Source: Pedobacter sp. (GTDB lineage: Bacteria > Desulfobacterota > Desulfuromonadia > Desulfuromonadales > Syntrophotaleaceae). From it: 64,000 bases of DNA. The DNA is taken from NCBI GenBank assembly GCA_050253415.1, contig JBFWJC010000001.1, forward strand, positions 1,695,660-1,759,659. Direction: 5' to 3'. The notes below the pieces were generated by a model. The model saw nothing but the letters and a program-made list of their open reading frames with translations. It did not search any database and had not been told where the DNA came from. Positions 20,302-30,022 of the stretch are shown in pieces. The translations under genes were made by a program, and so were the position numbers. Within the stretch, counting starts at the first letter, position 1; each line of letters opens with the position of its first letter.

Positions 20302-20421
20302 CTAATCGGCTTTTCTCTGAATAGCCTCACCAGCTTTTTCAATATCCTTGCCCAGACCCGAAAAGGTATTGCAGGCGCTCAGTGCCATGGTCAGTAACAG
20401 CAGTACAACCAGTTTTTTCAT
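20302..20421 (-). CDS. Entericidin EcnA/B family lipoprotein (39 aa)
   Basis: Not in the ORF track. MKKLVVLLLLTMALSACNTFSGLGKDIEKAGEAIQRKAD*; lipobox LSAC + NTxxGxGKDI; GGAGG RBS. Confidence 0.92.
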   Translation of the reverse strand: MKKLVVLLLLTMALSACNTFSGLGKDIEKAGEAIQRKAD

Positions 20422-20658
20422 AGTTTCCTCCCTCAATGGACAGGTGGCTTAAGTTTCCTGGCCGCAGCACGGCCTTGTTTTGCTGAGAGGATAGGTCGAG
20501 AACCACCTAAATTTCAACACAAAAATGAAAATTGGAAGTTGCCGTAGATAGCTTGTTGAAGAACATCTTCCAGTGGATACACTTCGTACAAGGGTATTTG
20601 GCCATGGCGGCTTTCCCTTTGTTCGCAAACGAGAAGCACTATCCATGGAGGTTATGTC

Positions 20659-21069
20659 ATGTCCGATAGGTTAAACGGTTCCTGCGCATGTGGCCTGGTA
20701 AAGTTTGTACTCGTGGAAGCCAAGCGCAATATCATTAATTGCCATTGCCACACTTGCCGAAAACTCAACGGCGGGGCGTTTTCGTCCTATGTCGCGGTAG
20801 CAGACGATAATTTTCAATTGCACGAAGGGCAGGATGTTCTGACAAAATATGTGGTAACGGAAAATGTCGATAAGCACTTCTGCCGGGTATGCGGCACGCC
20901 CATTTATAACAAGAATAGAAAATATCCCGGATTGACCATTATCCCTCTGGGCGCATTGGATGAGGTTGGCCAAATGCGGCCGACAGTCAATATTTTCTGC
21001 GACAGCAAATTACCATGGGTGGCCATGCAAGAGGGCACCACGGATTATCCTCAAGGCATGTCGGATTGA
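20659..21069 (+). CDS. GFA-family (CENP-V) Zn-binding protein
   Basis: GSCACG, CHCHTCRK, FCRVCGT motifs. Confidence 0.92.
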   Translation: MSDRLNGSCACGLVKFVLVEAKRNIINCHCHTCRKLNGGAFSSYVAVADDNFQLHEGQDVLTKYVVTENVDKHFCRVCGTPIYNKNRKYPGLTIIPLGALDEVGQMRPTVNIFCDSKLPWVAMQEGTTDYPQGMSD

Positions 21070-21086
21070 TCTGGCAGGTATTTCCT

Positions 21087-23162
21087 TCAAAACCAGAGGT
21101 TGCGGCTCAGTTCGCGGCTCCAGGCGATTTCCGCACTTAGCTCTTCGGGAGTTGCAAAGCCCAGTCGCCTGGAAAGATAGAGGTAATCGGGCGACTCAGG
21201 GGAGGGCAGGGTAAGATCCTTGGCATTGCCGCGTACTGCCCGCAAAGCGTCGATGGTGCGGCGAAAACAACGGTATGCACGGCGCAGGTCGTTGGCTCGC
21301 TGCGGGGTTATCCAGCCGGCGGCTTCGAGCCGTTTGAGCCCCTGCATGGCGTTGGGAACCCGCATATCCGGGTCAGCGGCGCCGTGTTCTATGAGTTGGG
21401 CCTGAAGAAAATATTCAATATCCACCAGTCCGCCTTCACTGAGTTTGAGATTGATCATGCCGCTGTCGACCAGTTCCGCGTCCTGTCGTTTCCGCAAATG
21501 CAACAGGTTGGCATAGTCGATGGGGCGCTCGGAAAAGACGAAAGCATCACGGGCTTCCATGATCTGAGCCAGTAAGTTTGCATCGCCGGCGACGGGGCGC
21601 AGTTTAACCATGGCCAGTCGTTCAAACTGTTCAGCCTGGCTGTCGATCGCATAGTAGTTTTTAAAGGCTGGCAGTGAACTGGCCAGAGTGCCTTTGTTGC
21701 CAAACGGCCTCAGGCGCAGGTCAATTTCGAAAATACCTTCCTTGCGGGATTTGAGAGCCTTGAGGAAAATCCGAACGAATTCTTCGAAATAGCGGCTGTT
21801 TTCTACGGAGCGCAGTCCGTCTGTAGCTCCCTGTCCCTGGTAGATAAAGAGGAGTTCCAGGTCCGAGGCAAAGCCCATTTCCGAACCGCCGTATTTGCCC
21901 GCAGCAAGAATGCCCCATTTGCATCGCTGTCCGTTTATCTTTGGCTGACCGAAGCGGGAGGTGGCTTCCGCATGACAGATCTCGGCAGTTTGCGTCACGA
22001 TGACGTCGGTCAGGGTTGTCAACTCGCGCGCAAACGCGACGTCCCCGATGGTGCGGGTGATATGGCGTAAATCGATGCGGAACATCTCCCGATCTTTGAA
22101 ATCGTTGAGGATTTTTATCTTGTGCTCGTGGTTTTGCGCAGGTTCCAGTTCTTTACGCAACATGTCGGTCCATTGATGGCGATCGAGGTTTTTCTCGATT
22201 TCGGCGCGGTTGCGTATCAGTGGGAAGAGGTTTTCGTGCTGCATGCGCAGGAAATCCTCCCACAAAAAACGACTGACCCCCATCAGGCTGGCAAGGGTCT
22301 GCATGGTCTGCGTCGACTGGATGCTGGTAAAATCCGCTGCCCGCTGGGGATCTTCCAGGAGGCGCGAGGCGAGATCCCGAAACTGCCTGATGGCCTGTCC
22401 CGGGTTCGGACAATGGGGTAGCAGATAGGCGAATTGCTTGATCAGGGCGCAGGCAAAGCGCAGTTCCTGCAATTTGTCTTTATCGACGATTTTGCGGCCG
22501 TGCAGATCCCGGATCCAGAAGGTGTCGTGAACGTCGCTGCCTTCAGTCCTTATACGGGCCTGCTGGATATTGATTTCCAGAAGGGCCAGGGCATTGGCAA
22601 AGGCGAACAGAAACCCGGGGATGTCCTGGGAGGTGATACGCACTACCGTGTCCGTATCGGATACGGTATTGTCGATGGCGATATTCACCGGCAGCAGTTG
22701 TTCTCCCGATGGTGCGGTGGTTTCAATGGCCTTGGCCACAACGTCGATAAGTTTATCGCGGACGGCATCGATACCATTTTTGGCCATCTCCCGATTGGTG
22801 GCTGTCAATTCATCGAACAGCGCGGAAAGCTTGCACTCCGGATCTTGTGCATCGGCCAGGTTTACGGTGAAGATATCCATGATTCTGGATAGTTTCGGCA
22901 TTGCTGCCGGTACTCCGGTTTTGAGTAACGATTCAGGTGCGGCCCATATGTCGGCGCTCATGATGTTGGCGCCATAGGCGGTCAGAAGACCCGCAACCAC
23001 CGATAACAGGCCTTCTTTGTCTGTGGTTGCCAAGGCTATTTTCCAGACCTCCGGGGAGATTCTTTCTTTATGCAGACACATATCGTCTGGAGCTGTTACC
23101 TGATCCAGCATGGGGCTTAACTTTTCAAAAACATCGATGTTCTGCGACAAATACAATGTCAT
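21087..23162 (-). CDS. GlnE-type nucleotidyltransferase with two N-terminal GlnD-like ACT domains
   Basis: GKYGGSEMGFASDLEL, EIDLRLRPFGNKG, NLKLSEGGLVDIEY (GlnE); DKEGLL and DIPGFL...ARIRTEGSDVHDTF (ACT). Start uncertain (23162-23207). Confidence 0.8.
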   Translation of the reverse strand: MTLYLSQNIDVFEKLSPMLDQVTAPDDMCLHKERISPEVWKIALATTDKEGLLSVVAGLLTAYGANIMSADIWAAPESLLKTGVPAAMPKLSRIMDIFTVNLADAQDPECKLSALFDELTATNREMAKNGIDAVRDKLIDVVAKAIETTAPSGEQLLPVNIAIDNTVSDTDTVVRITSQDIPGFLFAFANALALLEINIQQARIRTEGSDVHDTFWIRDLHGRKIVDKDKLQELRFACALIKQFAYLLPHCPNPGQAIRQFRDLASRLLEDPQRAADFTSIQSTQTMQTLASLMGVSRFLWEDFLRMQHENLFPLIRNRAEIEKNLDRHQWTDMLRKELEPAQNHEHKIKILNDFKDREMFRIDLRHITRTIGDVAFARELTTLTDVIVTQTAEICHAEATSRFGQPKINGQRCKWGILAAGKYGGSEMGFASDLELLFIYQGQGATDGLRSVENSRYFEEFVRIFLKALKSRKEGIFEIDLRLRPFGNKGTLASSLPAFKNYYAIDSQAEQFERLAMVKLRPVAGDANLLAQIMEARDAFVFSERPIDYANLLHLRKRQDAELVDSGMINLKLSEGGLVDIEYFLQAQLIEHGAADPDMRVPNAMQGLKRLEAAGWITPQRANDLRRAYRCFRRTIDALRAVRGNAKDLTLPSPESPDYLYLSRRLGFATPEELSAEIAWSRELSRNLWF

Positions 23163-23302
23163 CCTCATTCCTTTTGGCCTGGCAGTGGGTACACTCCAGG
23201 CTGTCATCGCCGTTAGCGAAAGATCAACAGTATCGCGATGTTCGTTTAAGGACTACTATACCAGTATTAAATTCTCAAGAAAACTTACCCGGAGGTTTTT
23301 TC

Positions 23303-24076
23303 ATGGAAGAGCATTTTGAAGGCCGCGTGGCTCTGGTCACCGGCGGTGCACAAGGTATCGGCAAGCGGGTTACCTGTGCCTTGCTGGCAGCAGGCATGCG
23401 GGTGGCCGTGGCCGATCGGGATGCTGAAGCTTGTCGGCAGATTATGCAGGAACATGCCGACAGCAATTGTATCAGTACTTTTCCCATTGATGTGGCAGAT
23501 GAAGCGGCAGTTGCCGCTATGATCGCCAGAATTATGGAACACTTCGGCCGACTGGATGCCTTGATCAACAATGCCGGGCATGGTCTCCCTCACCCCGTAC
23601 CTCTGGAGACGCTGACTCTGGAGGATTGGAACAGGGTGCTTGGGACCAATCTGACCGGCACCTTTCTTTGCAGTAAACACGCGGTCACTGCTTTACGCCG
23701 AAGCAGGGGCGCCATCGTCAACATCGCTTCGACCCGCGCTCTGCAATCCGAGCCAAACGGTGAAGCTTATGCTGCGAGCAAAGGGGGCGTTGTCGCTTTG
23801 ACCCACGCCATGGCCAACAGTCTTGGACCGGAGGTTCGTGTCAATTGTATCAGCCCCGGTTGGATTGCCGTCGACGAATGGCAAAAGTCCGGCAAGTGCA
23901 AAACGCCCGAGTTGCGCCCCGAAGATCACGCCCAGCATCCGGTGGGCCGTGTCGGACAACCTGGAGATATTGCCGAAATGGTAGTTTTTTTGATCTCGGC
24001 CCGCGCCGGTTTCATCACCGGACAGAATTTTATCGTCGATGGTGGCATGACCCGAAAGATGATTTACGCTGAATAG
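23303..24076 (+). CDS. SDR-family oxidoreductase
   Basis: TGGAQGIG, NNAG, YAASK; GGAGG RBS before ATG 23303. Confidence 0.93.
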   Translation: MEEHFEGRVALVTGGAQGIGKRVTCALLAAGMRVAVADRDAEACRQIMQEHADSNCISTFPIDVADEAAVAAMIARIMEHFGRLDALINNAGHGLPHPVPLETLTLEDWNRVLGTNLTGTFLCSKHAVTALRRSRGAIVNIASTRALQSEPNGEAYAASKGGVVALTHAMANSLGPEVRVNCISPGWIAVDEWQKSGKCKTPELRPEDHAQHPVGRVGQPGDIAEMVVFLISARAGFITGQNFIVDGGMTRKMIYAE

Positions 24077-24100
24077 ATTACCCCACGCAGGCCACCGGCA

Positions 24101-24955
24101 TCAGTCGTAATTCTGTTTGGGTATTCCCGCCTCACAGGGCGTGCCCGTCTGGCAGAGACCGCAACCCGGCGCTTGGATGCCATACTGCTCCACAAAAGCT
24201 TTGTTGATGGTTTTGTAGGCGTAGTTCAGACATTTATTTTTATCGTGGCCTTGCGTTGAAAAGGCACCCACGGGACACCGGTCAATGCATTTTCCGCAAT
24301 GGCCTTCCCGGAAAAACAAGCAATAACTCCTGGGTGTGTCATACGGACGTGGGGTAGGCGGCAGATCGAGATCGGTAATGATGCTGCCGCAGCGATGCGC
24401 CATGCCCTTGGAAGTGATCAGGCCACCATTGAGGCTGAAGGTGCCCAAGCCGGCTGCATAGGCTGCGTGGCGCTCCGACCATGTAGAGGCCAGGCCTGCA
24501 ACGGGATCATCGACCTGTTTAAAGATTTCGGAAAGAAGCGGCGAGATAGCCTGGCAGTCTCTGGATATGAGATAGCTGGTAAGGTGGCGGCGCAACAGAT
24601 TGTTGAAGGTCTCGCCATGGTCCCTTGTAAGCGCCCACTCCAGAGAAGGTATCTTTGTTTGCTGTCGGTTGCTTAGCCGGGTCGTTTCGCTGATGGGTAA
24701 CACCCAGCAGATAACCGATCCACCGAAAGAGAGGTCGGGTCCCCAGTATTGTTGCATGATTTCACCGGGAGTGAGGTGAAAGTCACCGATAATGCGTTTG
24801 TAGTCGGTAAAAAGAGGGTCGTTGGCGCGGGCAAAGCCAATAATCGGCGCCTCGAAAAAAGGCATCTCCGTGCCCGGAAAACGGTTGGCCGGGTTTTTAA
24901 GGACAAATTGGCGAATTTCATGAAGGATAAGCTCTTCCAAGGGAGTCCTCGCCAT
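24101..24955 (-). CDS. Epoxyqueuosine reductase (QueG)-like Fe-S protein
   Basis: WSERHAAYAAGLG, CGKCIDRCPVGA, CGLCQTGTPCE. True substrate not established. Confidence 0.75.
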   Translation of the reverse strand: MARTPLEELILHEIRQFVLKNPANRFPGTEMPFFEAPIIGFARANDPLFTDYKRIIGDFHLTPGEIMQQYWGPDLSFGGSVICWVLPISETTRLSNRQQTKIPSLEWALTRDHGETFNNLLRRHLTSYLISRDCQAISPLLSEIFKQVDDPVAGLASTWSERHAAYAAGLGTFSLNGGLITSKGMAHRCGSIITDLDLPPTPRPYDTPRSYCLFFREGHCGKCIDRCPVGAFSTQGHDKNKCLNYAYKTINKAFVEQYGIQAPGCGLCQTGTPCEAGIPKQNYD

Positions 24956-25156
24956 GGTTGGAGGCTATGTAACCGATGGTAATCACACTGCACCAGTGAA
25001 CTGTAACAATCATACCTTCGCAACCGGAACGCGTCACCCTATAAATTGATTTCTTCGGGCGGTGGGCGGGAGCGCCTGTTTAACGGGTTATTTGACTTTT
25101 AATGAGTTATACTGTCCTCGTTAGGTGAACAACGAATCGATTTTGAAAGGGATCCC

Positions 25157-25369
25157 ATGAAAAGAATCCTGGTGTTTTTACTCGGGGTTATAGCGGTGAT
25201 CTATCTGCTTAACCCCGGAGCTGGTCTTTTTGAATTGTTGCCGGACAATCTGCCGTTTATCGGCAATCTGGATGAAGCGGCTGCTGTCGGGTTGCTGCTC
25301 ATGTGCCTGAAATATTTCGGTTTCGACCTGGCGGATATCTTTCGCAGGGATAAGAAGTCAGGCAAATAA
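25157..25369 (+). CDS. DUF1232 (YkvA-like) small membrane protein
   Basis: YLLNPG...LPDNLPFIGNLDEA motif. Confidence 0.8.
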   Translation: MKRILVFLLGVIAVIYLLNPGAGLFELLPDNLPFIGNLDEAAAVGLLLMCLKYFGFDLADIFRRDKKSGK

Positions 25370-25430
25370 GCCGAAATGCGTTCAAAGTCGCTTAAGCTGC
25401 TAAAAAATAACTGACCCGGCTATAGTTTTT

Positions 25431-25450
25431 GTATACGATGTGTCGTATAC
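25431..25450. promoter_or_regulatory. Operator-like palindrome GTATACGA-TGTG-TCGTATAC
   Basis: Perfect 8-bp arms, about 40 bp upstream of the thioesterase gene. Confidence 0.5.
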
Positions 25451-25488
25451 GTTTTATTCGAGTGCATGAAAACTAGGAGGCGACCACC

Positions 25489-26535
25489 ATGATGAGACCC
25501 ATTGAGACATCCTTCACCAAGATTCTGTCCCTGTCCAGTGATGAGGCGCTAAAACGGCGCTTCATGATCCTTGACGAACTGATCCAGGCCAATATGCGAT
25601 TCGGATTGTTGTTGGAGGTTCTGGATAAAGTGGCGGAAGAAGCCGCTCTGTGTTACGTCAACCGCTTCTTTCCCGATGCCCGGGTGGTCACGGCAGCCAT
25701 CGACAATATCGTTGTCCGGCATGTCACCGATATGTCGAAAGATGTACATTTCAAAGCACGCATCAATCATGTAGGTCGTTCTTCACTTGAAATCGGTATT
25801 CGCGTTGAGCAACCCGGGGGGCCGGTAAGGCATATCGCGTCCTGCTATTTCACCATGGTCGCCCGCTCCGGTGTCGGGGAGGGAGCCACCAGTGTCGTAC
25901 TGCCCGGTTTGGAATATACCGAAGAAATTGAGAAGCAACGTGCCGCCAAAGCCTTGCACCGGCGCGAGGAATACAAACAGCAGCAGGCACTGCTGCGCGA
26001 ACCCCCCAGCCGGGAAGAGTTTGAAATGCTGACCGGACTGCATGCTGCGCAGGATGAGCCCGGGTTCAACGGCCTGCTGACCGGTAACCTCACTGCGGAT
26101 GCCTGGGAACGGATGTACCCGGAGCAGGAAAACGTGCCCAAGAAGATTTTCGGGGGATACCTGATTCGACGTGCTTACGAGCTGTCGTCCATCTGCTCCG
26201 AGCAGGTGGCACCCAACCGCCCCATCGCGGCGGCGGTCAACCGGATCAACTTTTTTCACCCGGTGCGCATGGGAGACACACTCCATTACACTTCGCGCGT
26301 AGTGTATACCAGCGGCAGTTTCATCTGTGTGGAAGCCAATATCGAACGCATCAGCCGTGACCGGACCACGAAGGCTATGTCCAACTCCTGTCTGTTCACC
26401 TTCGTGAATGTCGATGCTGAATTACAACAGCAGCCGGTGCCTGTTGTCTACCCGACCAATTACGGGGAGGATGCCCGCTATCTTGCGGCGCATCGCAGTT
26501 GTCAAAACTTGATGAAGGATCGTCAGCTGATTTGA
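25489..26535 (+). CDS. Double hotdog-fold acyl-CoA thioesterase
   Basis: Two hotdog repeats (VGRSSLEIG; KIFGGYLIRRAYE); AGGAGG RBS. Confidence 0.85.
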   Translation: MMRPIETSFTKILSLSSDEALKRRFMILDELIQANMRFGLLLEVLDKVAEEAALCYVNRFFPDARVVTAAIDNIVVRHVTDMSKDVHFKARINHVGRSSLEIGIRVEQPGGPVRHIASCYFTMVARSGVGEGATSVVLPGLEYTEEIEKQRAAKALHRREEYKQQQALLREPPSREEFEMLTGLHAAQDEPGFNGLLTGNLTADAWERMYPEQENVPKKIFGGYLIRRAYELSSICSEQVAPNRPIAAAVNRINFFHPVRMGDTLHYTSRVVYTSGSFICVEANIERISRDRTTKAMSNSCLFTFVNVDAELQQQPVPVVYPTNYGEDARYLAAHRSCQNLMKDRQLI

Positions 26536-26577
26536 TGTAACGGTAACGGCAAGTGTTATTGTAAGACTGATTTTTTT

Positions 26578-26611
26578 ACTAAAAAAGCCCGTTAGAACGG
26601 GCTTTTTTAGT
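26578..26611. terminator. Bidirectional intrinsic terminator
   Basis: ACTAAAAAAGCCCGTT-AG-AACGGGCTTTTTTAGT between convergent genes. Confidence 0.85.
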
Positions 26612-26735
26612 ATGTGTTGATTAGCTTGACAGCGCATGGGATCCATGTGAATCGCCCCATGCTAAATTATCTTCCGCAGTTAGAATTCCATTCCTTTGCT
26701 GCATTTTGGTGAAGTACAAATTTGAGCCCAGGAAA

Positions 26736-28289
26736 TTAAACCCCTGTGTTCGGAGCGGGTTTCGCTTGTGAGGATTTTTCAGGTGTAATTTCGCCAAGAT
26801 ATTTGGGTAGCTCGATCCCCGCCATTCCAGCTACTTCGTGCAGTGGTGGCAGGCTCTTGATCAATCCGGAAAGAAAATTTGAGGTTGCGGTGCCGTCTTG
26901 ACCGCCACTGGCGGAATCCCAGACGGTGACCTTGTCGATTTTGATGTTACGGATAGCCTCTACCTGCAGTTGGACGATATCCTGTATTTTTTCGGTCATG
27001 AGCAGGGTTGCCGCCGATTTCGCATCGCCATTACAGCCTTGTACCAGATTGAGATAACCTGCTGCTTTACTTTCCAGAACCAAACGTACGCCTTCGGCCT
27101 CTGCCTGATATTTCAGGAGGATCGCGTCGGCTTGGCCTTTTGCCTCGCGGCGGGTTTTTTCTGCTTCCGCTTCGGCCGCAATTTCGATTTTTTTCTTTTC
27201 AACTTCCTGGCGCACCACCTCTTCTGCGTTGAGCCGTTCCAATTCCGCCTTGTATTGGGCTTTTTGGATTTCAACTTCTGCCTCGCGGCGCGCCACCTCG
27301 CCGCGTTGCTGGGCGGAGGCCTGTTTTACCACCAGTTCGGCGACGGCATCGGCGATATCGGCTTTTGCACGGTTTTCGCCATCCACCGCGTGGGCTTCCT
27401 GTTGCTGCACAACGATGCGTCGATCAGCTTCGGCCATTTTTTGGCCTTTTGCAGACTCCGCGACATTTTCGGCAACTTTGATCTCTTTTTCGCGATTTGC
27501 TACGGCTTCGCCTATGGTGGCTTCCGATTCTTGCTGCTGGACAAAAATGCGCTGGTCCGCTTCCGCCTTTTTCTTGCCTTTTTCCGACTCGGCGACGTTT
27601 TCCGCTACCCTGATTTCTTTTACCCTGGTTGCCTCAGCTTCACCGATGGCTCCAAGCTGCTCTTGCTGGGCCACGTCAACCTTGGCCTGGTTAATGGCCT
27701 CCGAGGCGGCTTTCTTGCCAATGGAGTCGATGTAGCCGGATTCGTCGGTGATGTCGGTAATGTTGACGTTGATCAGAAATAAACCAATTTTATTCAATTC
27801 CGGAGAAACATTTCTACGTATCGAATCAAGAAAGCTCTCGCGGTCCTGATTGATCTGCTCGATGGTCAACGAAGCCACGGTAAGTCGCAACTGGCCAAAG
27901 ATGATTTCTTTGGCCATTTCCTCAATCTGATTCTGTGTGAGGTGAAGCAGGCGCTCGGCCGCTGAAGTCATGACTTCCTGTTCGGTGCTGATGCCGACCG
28001 TGAAGGTCGAAGGAACGTTAATGCGGATATTCTGCAAGGAAAGGGCTTTTTGCAGGGGGATGCTGATGGTCATCGGTGTCAGGCTGATATAGGCATAATC
28101 CTGAATCAATGGCCATATGAAGGTACCACCTCCGTGGATACAATTTGCAGATTGTCCCGCCCCCACCTTCCCGTAGACCACAAGTATCTTATCTGAGGGA
28201 CAACGCTTATAGCGGGAAGCAAGATAAGTGATCGTCGACACAATAAGGATGAGGAACGCGGCAATAGGAACGATCCAAAAATCGAACAT
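26736..28289 (-). CDS. Flotillin-family (SPFH) protein
   Basis: N-terminal TM, SRYKRCPSDKILVVYG, SPFH core, AE/EA coiled coil, IDKVTVWD. Confidence 0.92.
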   Translation of the reverse strand: MFDFWIVPIAAFLILIVSTITYLASRYKRCPSDKILVVYGKVGAGQSANCIHGGGTFIWPLIQDYAYISLTPMTISIPLQKALSLQNIRINVPSTFTVGISTEQEVMTSAAERLLHLTQNQIEEMAKEIIFGQLRLTVASLTIEQINQDRESFLDSIRRNVSPELNKIGLFLINVNITDITDESGYIDSIGKKAASEAINQAKVDVAQQEQLGAIGEAEATRVKEIRVAENVAESEKGKKKAEADQRIFVQQQESEATIGEAVANREKEIKVAENVAESAKGQKMAEADRRIVVQQQEAHAVDGENRAKADIADAVAELVVKQASAQQRGEVARREAEVEIQKAQYKAELERLNAEEVVRQEVEKKKIEIAAEAEAEKTRREAKGQADAILLKYQAEAEGVRLVLESKAAGYLNLVQGCNGDAKSAATLLMTEKIQDIVQLQVEAIRNIKIDKVTVWDSASGGQDGTATSNFLSGLIKSLPPLHEVAGMAGIELPKYLGEITPEKSSQAKPAPNTGV

Positions 28290-28299
28290 GTTTAATCCT

Positions 28300-28911
28300 T
28301 TACTTGTTTAATGTTTCTATGATGAGGATGTTGGCACGTACCTCAATGACCTGTATGGGCGTTCCGGTTGGCACTTTTCTTCCATTTACTTCGGTAGCAT
28401 CGAATTCGCGGAGACGATTTTGAAAATTGATACTCACGAGTCCCATACCTCCTTCGGGGATAGTCAGATAAACGATTCCGGTGCTACCTACAGCGTCACG
28501 GGTTTGCAATGTTCCGCTCGAATGCAGTTGCGATGCCATCCGGAAGAGCTTGCCGATGACCCACACCGAGGCCAGTCCTGCTCCAACCGCTCCGATAATG
28601 GAAAGGACAACCCCCATCTGGCTCTGTCGGTATAGGGCGAGCCCCACCAAACCGAACATCATGAAAAAAGAGGAGAGGCCCTGCAGGGAGAGGGCGCGAA
28701 AGCCAACATCAGAGTCCGGATGTTCCGTATCAAAATCGATACCACCGTCACTGCCAATGTCTGTATCAACATCGCCGCCGAAAAATTGCATGACAAGTTT
28801 GATCAGAACAAAGAATCCGCCGATGATGGCGCCAATCAGGAAGAACGTCTCTAACCCGTTAAAATCTGTAAAAGTATTTATCAATGCATACCTCTCTTTT
28901 GCTTCTCCCAC
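28300..28911 (-). CDS. NfeD-like C-terminal-domain membrane protein
   Basis: TM segments plus GIVYLTIP...REFDA OB-fold, directly upstream of flotillin; start uncertain. Confidence 0.8.
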   Translation of the reverse strand: MGEAKERYALINTFTDFNGLETFFLIGAIIGGFFVLIKLVMQFFGGDVDTDIGSDGGIDFDTEHPDSDVGFRALSLQGLSSFFMMFGLVGLALYRQSQMGVVLSIIGAVGAGLASVWVIGKLFRMASQLHSSGTLQTRDAVGSTGIVYLTIPEGGMGLVSINFQNRLREFDATEVNGRKVPTGTPIQVIEVRANILIIETLNK

Positions 28912-29017
28912 CTTGCGATCAATGGCCGAACACTACATCGGACCCATTTGTCCATTTAGAGGAACCATGACAACGGAAATGAAGGTCATCCCTTCTTTTC
29001 GGTTCAAATTGAAAGAT

Positions 29018-29551
29018 TTATTCACTTATGTTTTTTATGAAGGCCAGGGCCTCGACGCGAGAGGGGTGCGATTTTAACTGTTTGGCAATGAGGTATAGCT
29101 TATCGAAAAGTTCGTTGCCAAATTCCTGCTGAGCCCAATGGATATAGGCGTCTCTATGGGCACTTTCACGTTGTTTGTTTTGCCATGAGGTGGTCCAAAA
29201 GTCGGCAATATTGTCAAGAAGATGGGCCGTTGCAAGTTTGTGCCATTCGCCACGATCAAACCAAATGCCGCCACAGCGACTGCACCGATCCAGGTAGAAG
29301 GGATCATTCGATGTGATTTTAACCCGGGATAAGATTCCATGACCCAGGGGGCAGAGTCCCGTTACACTGTCAATGTGTGTGGTTTTATCGGAGTGCCGCC
29401 CGATTTGGCTGAGAACGCTTTCCTGCGTCATAAACTTTGGTATTTGATCGGCGTGTATCCAGAAGCCTCCGCAATTGCTGCATTTAATCGGGCCCCCTTG
29501 GGAGGATGTAACGCATTGCAATGTAAATGTTTTGCATTTAGGGCAGTCCAT
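29018..29551 (-). CDS. Double zinc-ribbon (zf-TFIIB) protein
   Basis: MDCPKCK..CSNCGGFWI and LCPLGH..LDRCSRCGGIWFDRGE; AGGA RBS before ATG 29551. Confidence 0.8.
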   Translation of the reverse strand: MDCPKCKTFTLQCVTSSQGGPIKCSNCGGFWIHADQIPKFMTQESVLSQIGRHSDKTTHIDSVTGLCPLGHGILSRVKITSNDPFYLDRCSRCGGIWFDRGEWHKLATAHLLDNIADFWTTSWQNKQRESAHRDAYIHWAQQEFGNELFDKLYLIAKQLKSHPSRVEALAFIKNISE

Positions 29552-30022
29552 AATGGCTAATGGTCCTTTCCGTTTTTTTGTTCTGGCAATTTTTTGCAAA
29601 TTATCGGTCAGCTGTTTATGGACTTCTTCAAATGTATGGCTGCATTAAACAATCTACGGAGAAACACCTGCCTTAGATATATGGGAACACCATAAAAGCT
29701 ATTTTTGTATGGCTGTAAGCATAAACGTTTATAGCGTTGCACTTACAAAAAAACACTCAATTAAGAACTTTGGGTTCGTGGTTGCAATAAAATAATGGAG
29801 TTCTTTTAACATTGTGGTTGGAAGAAATCAATAAGCTTTAACTTTTTTACCATGTCTTTCCACTTTGCTACCGCAATCCAAGGAGGAGAATAATTATTTC
29901 AGCGCGGACGAATCTTCTTTGCTTATGGAATGGTTGCAGCAAAAGGGGCGCGCACTTATGCGGCATATTGCGGTGGCGTTTTGTGCCCATCCGCCTACTT
30001 CTGGATGGGCACAAAACGGTTT

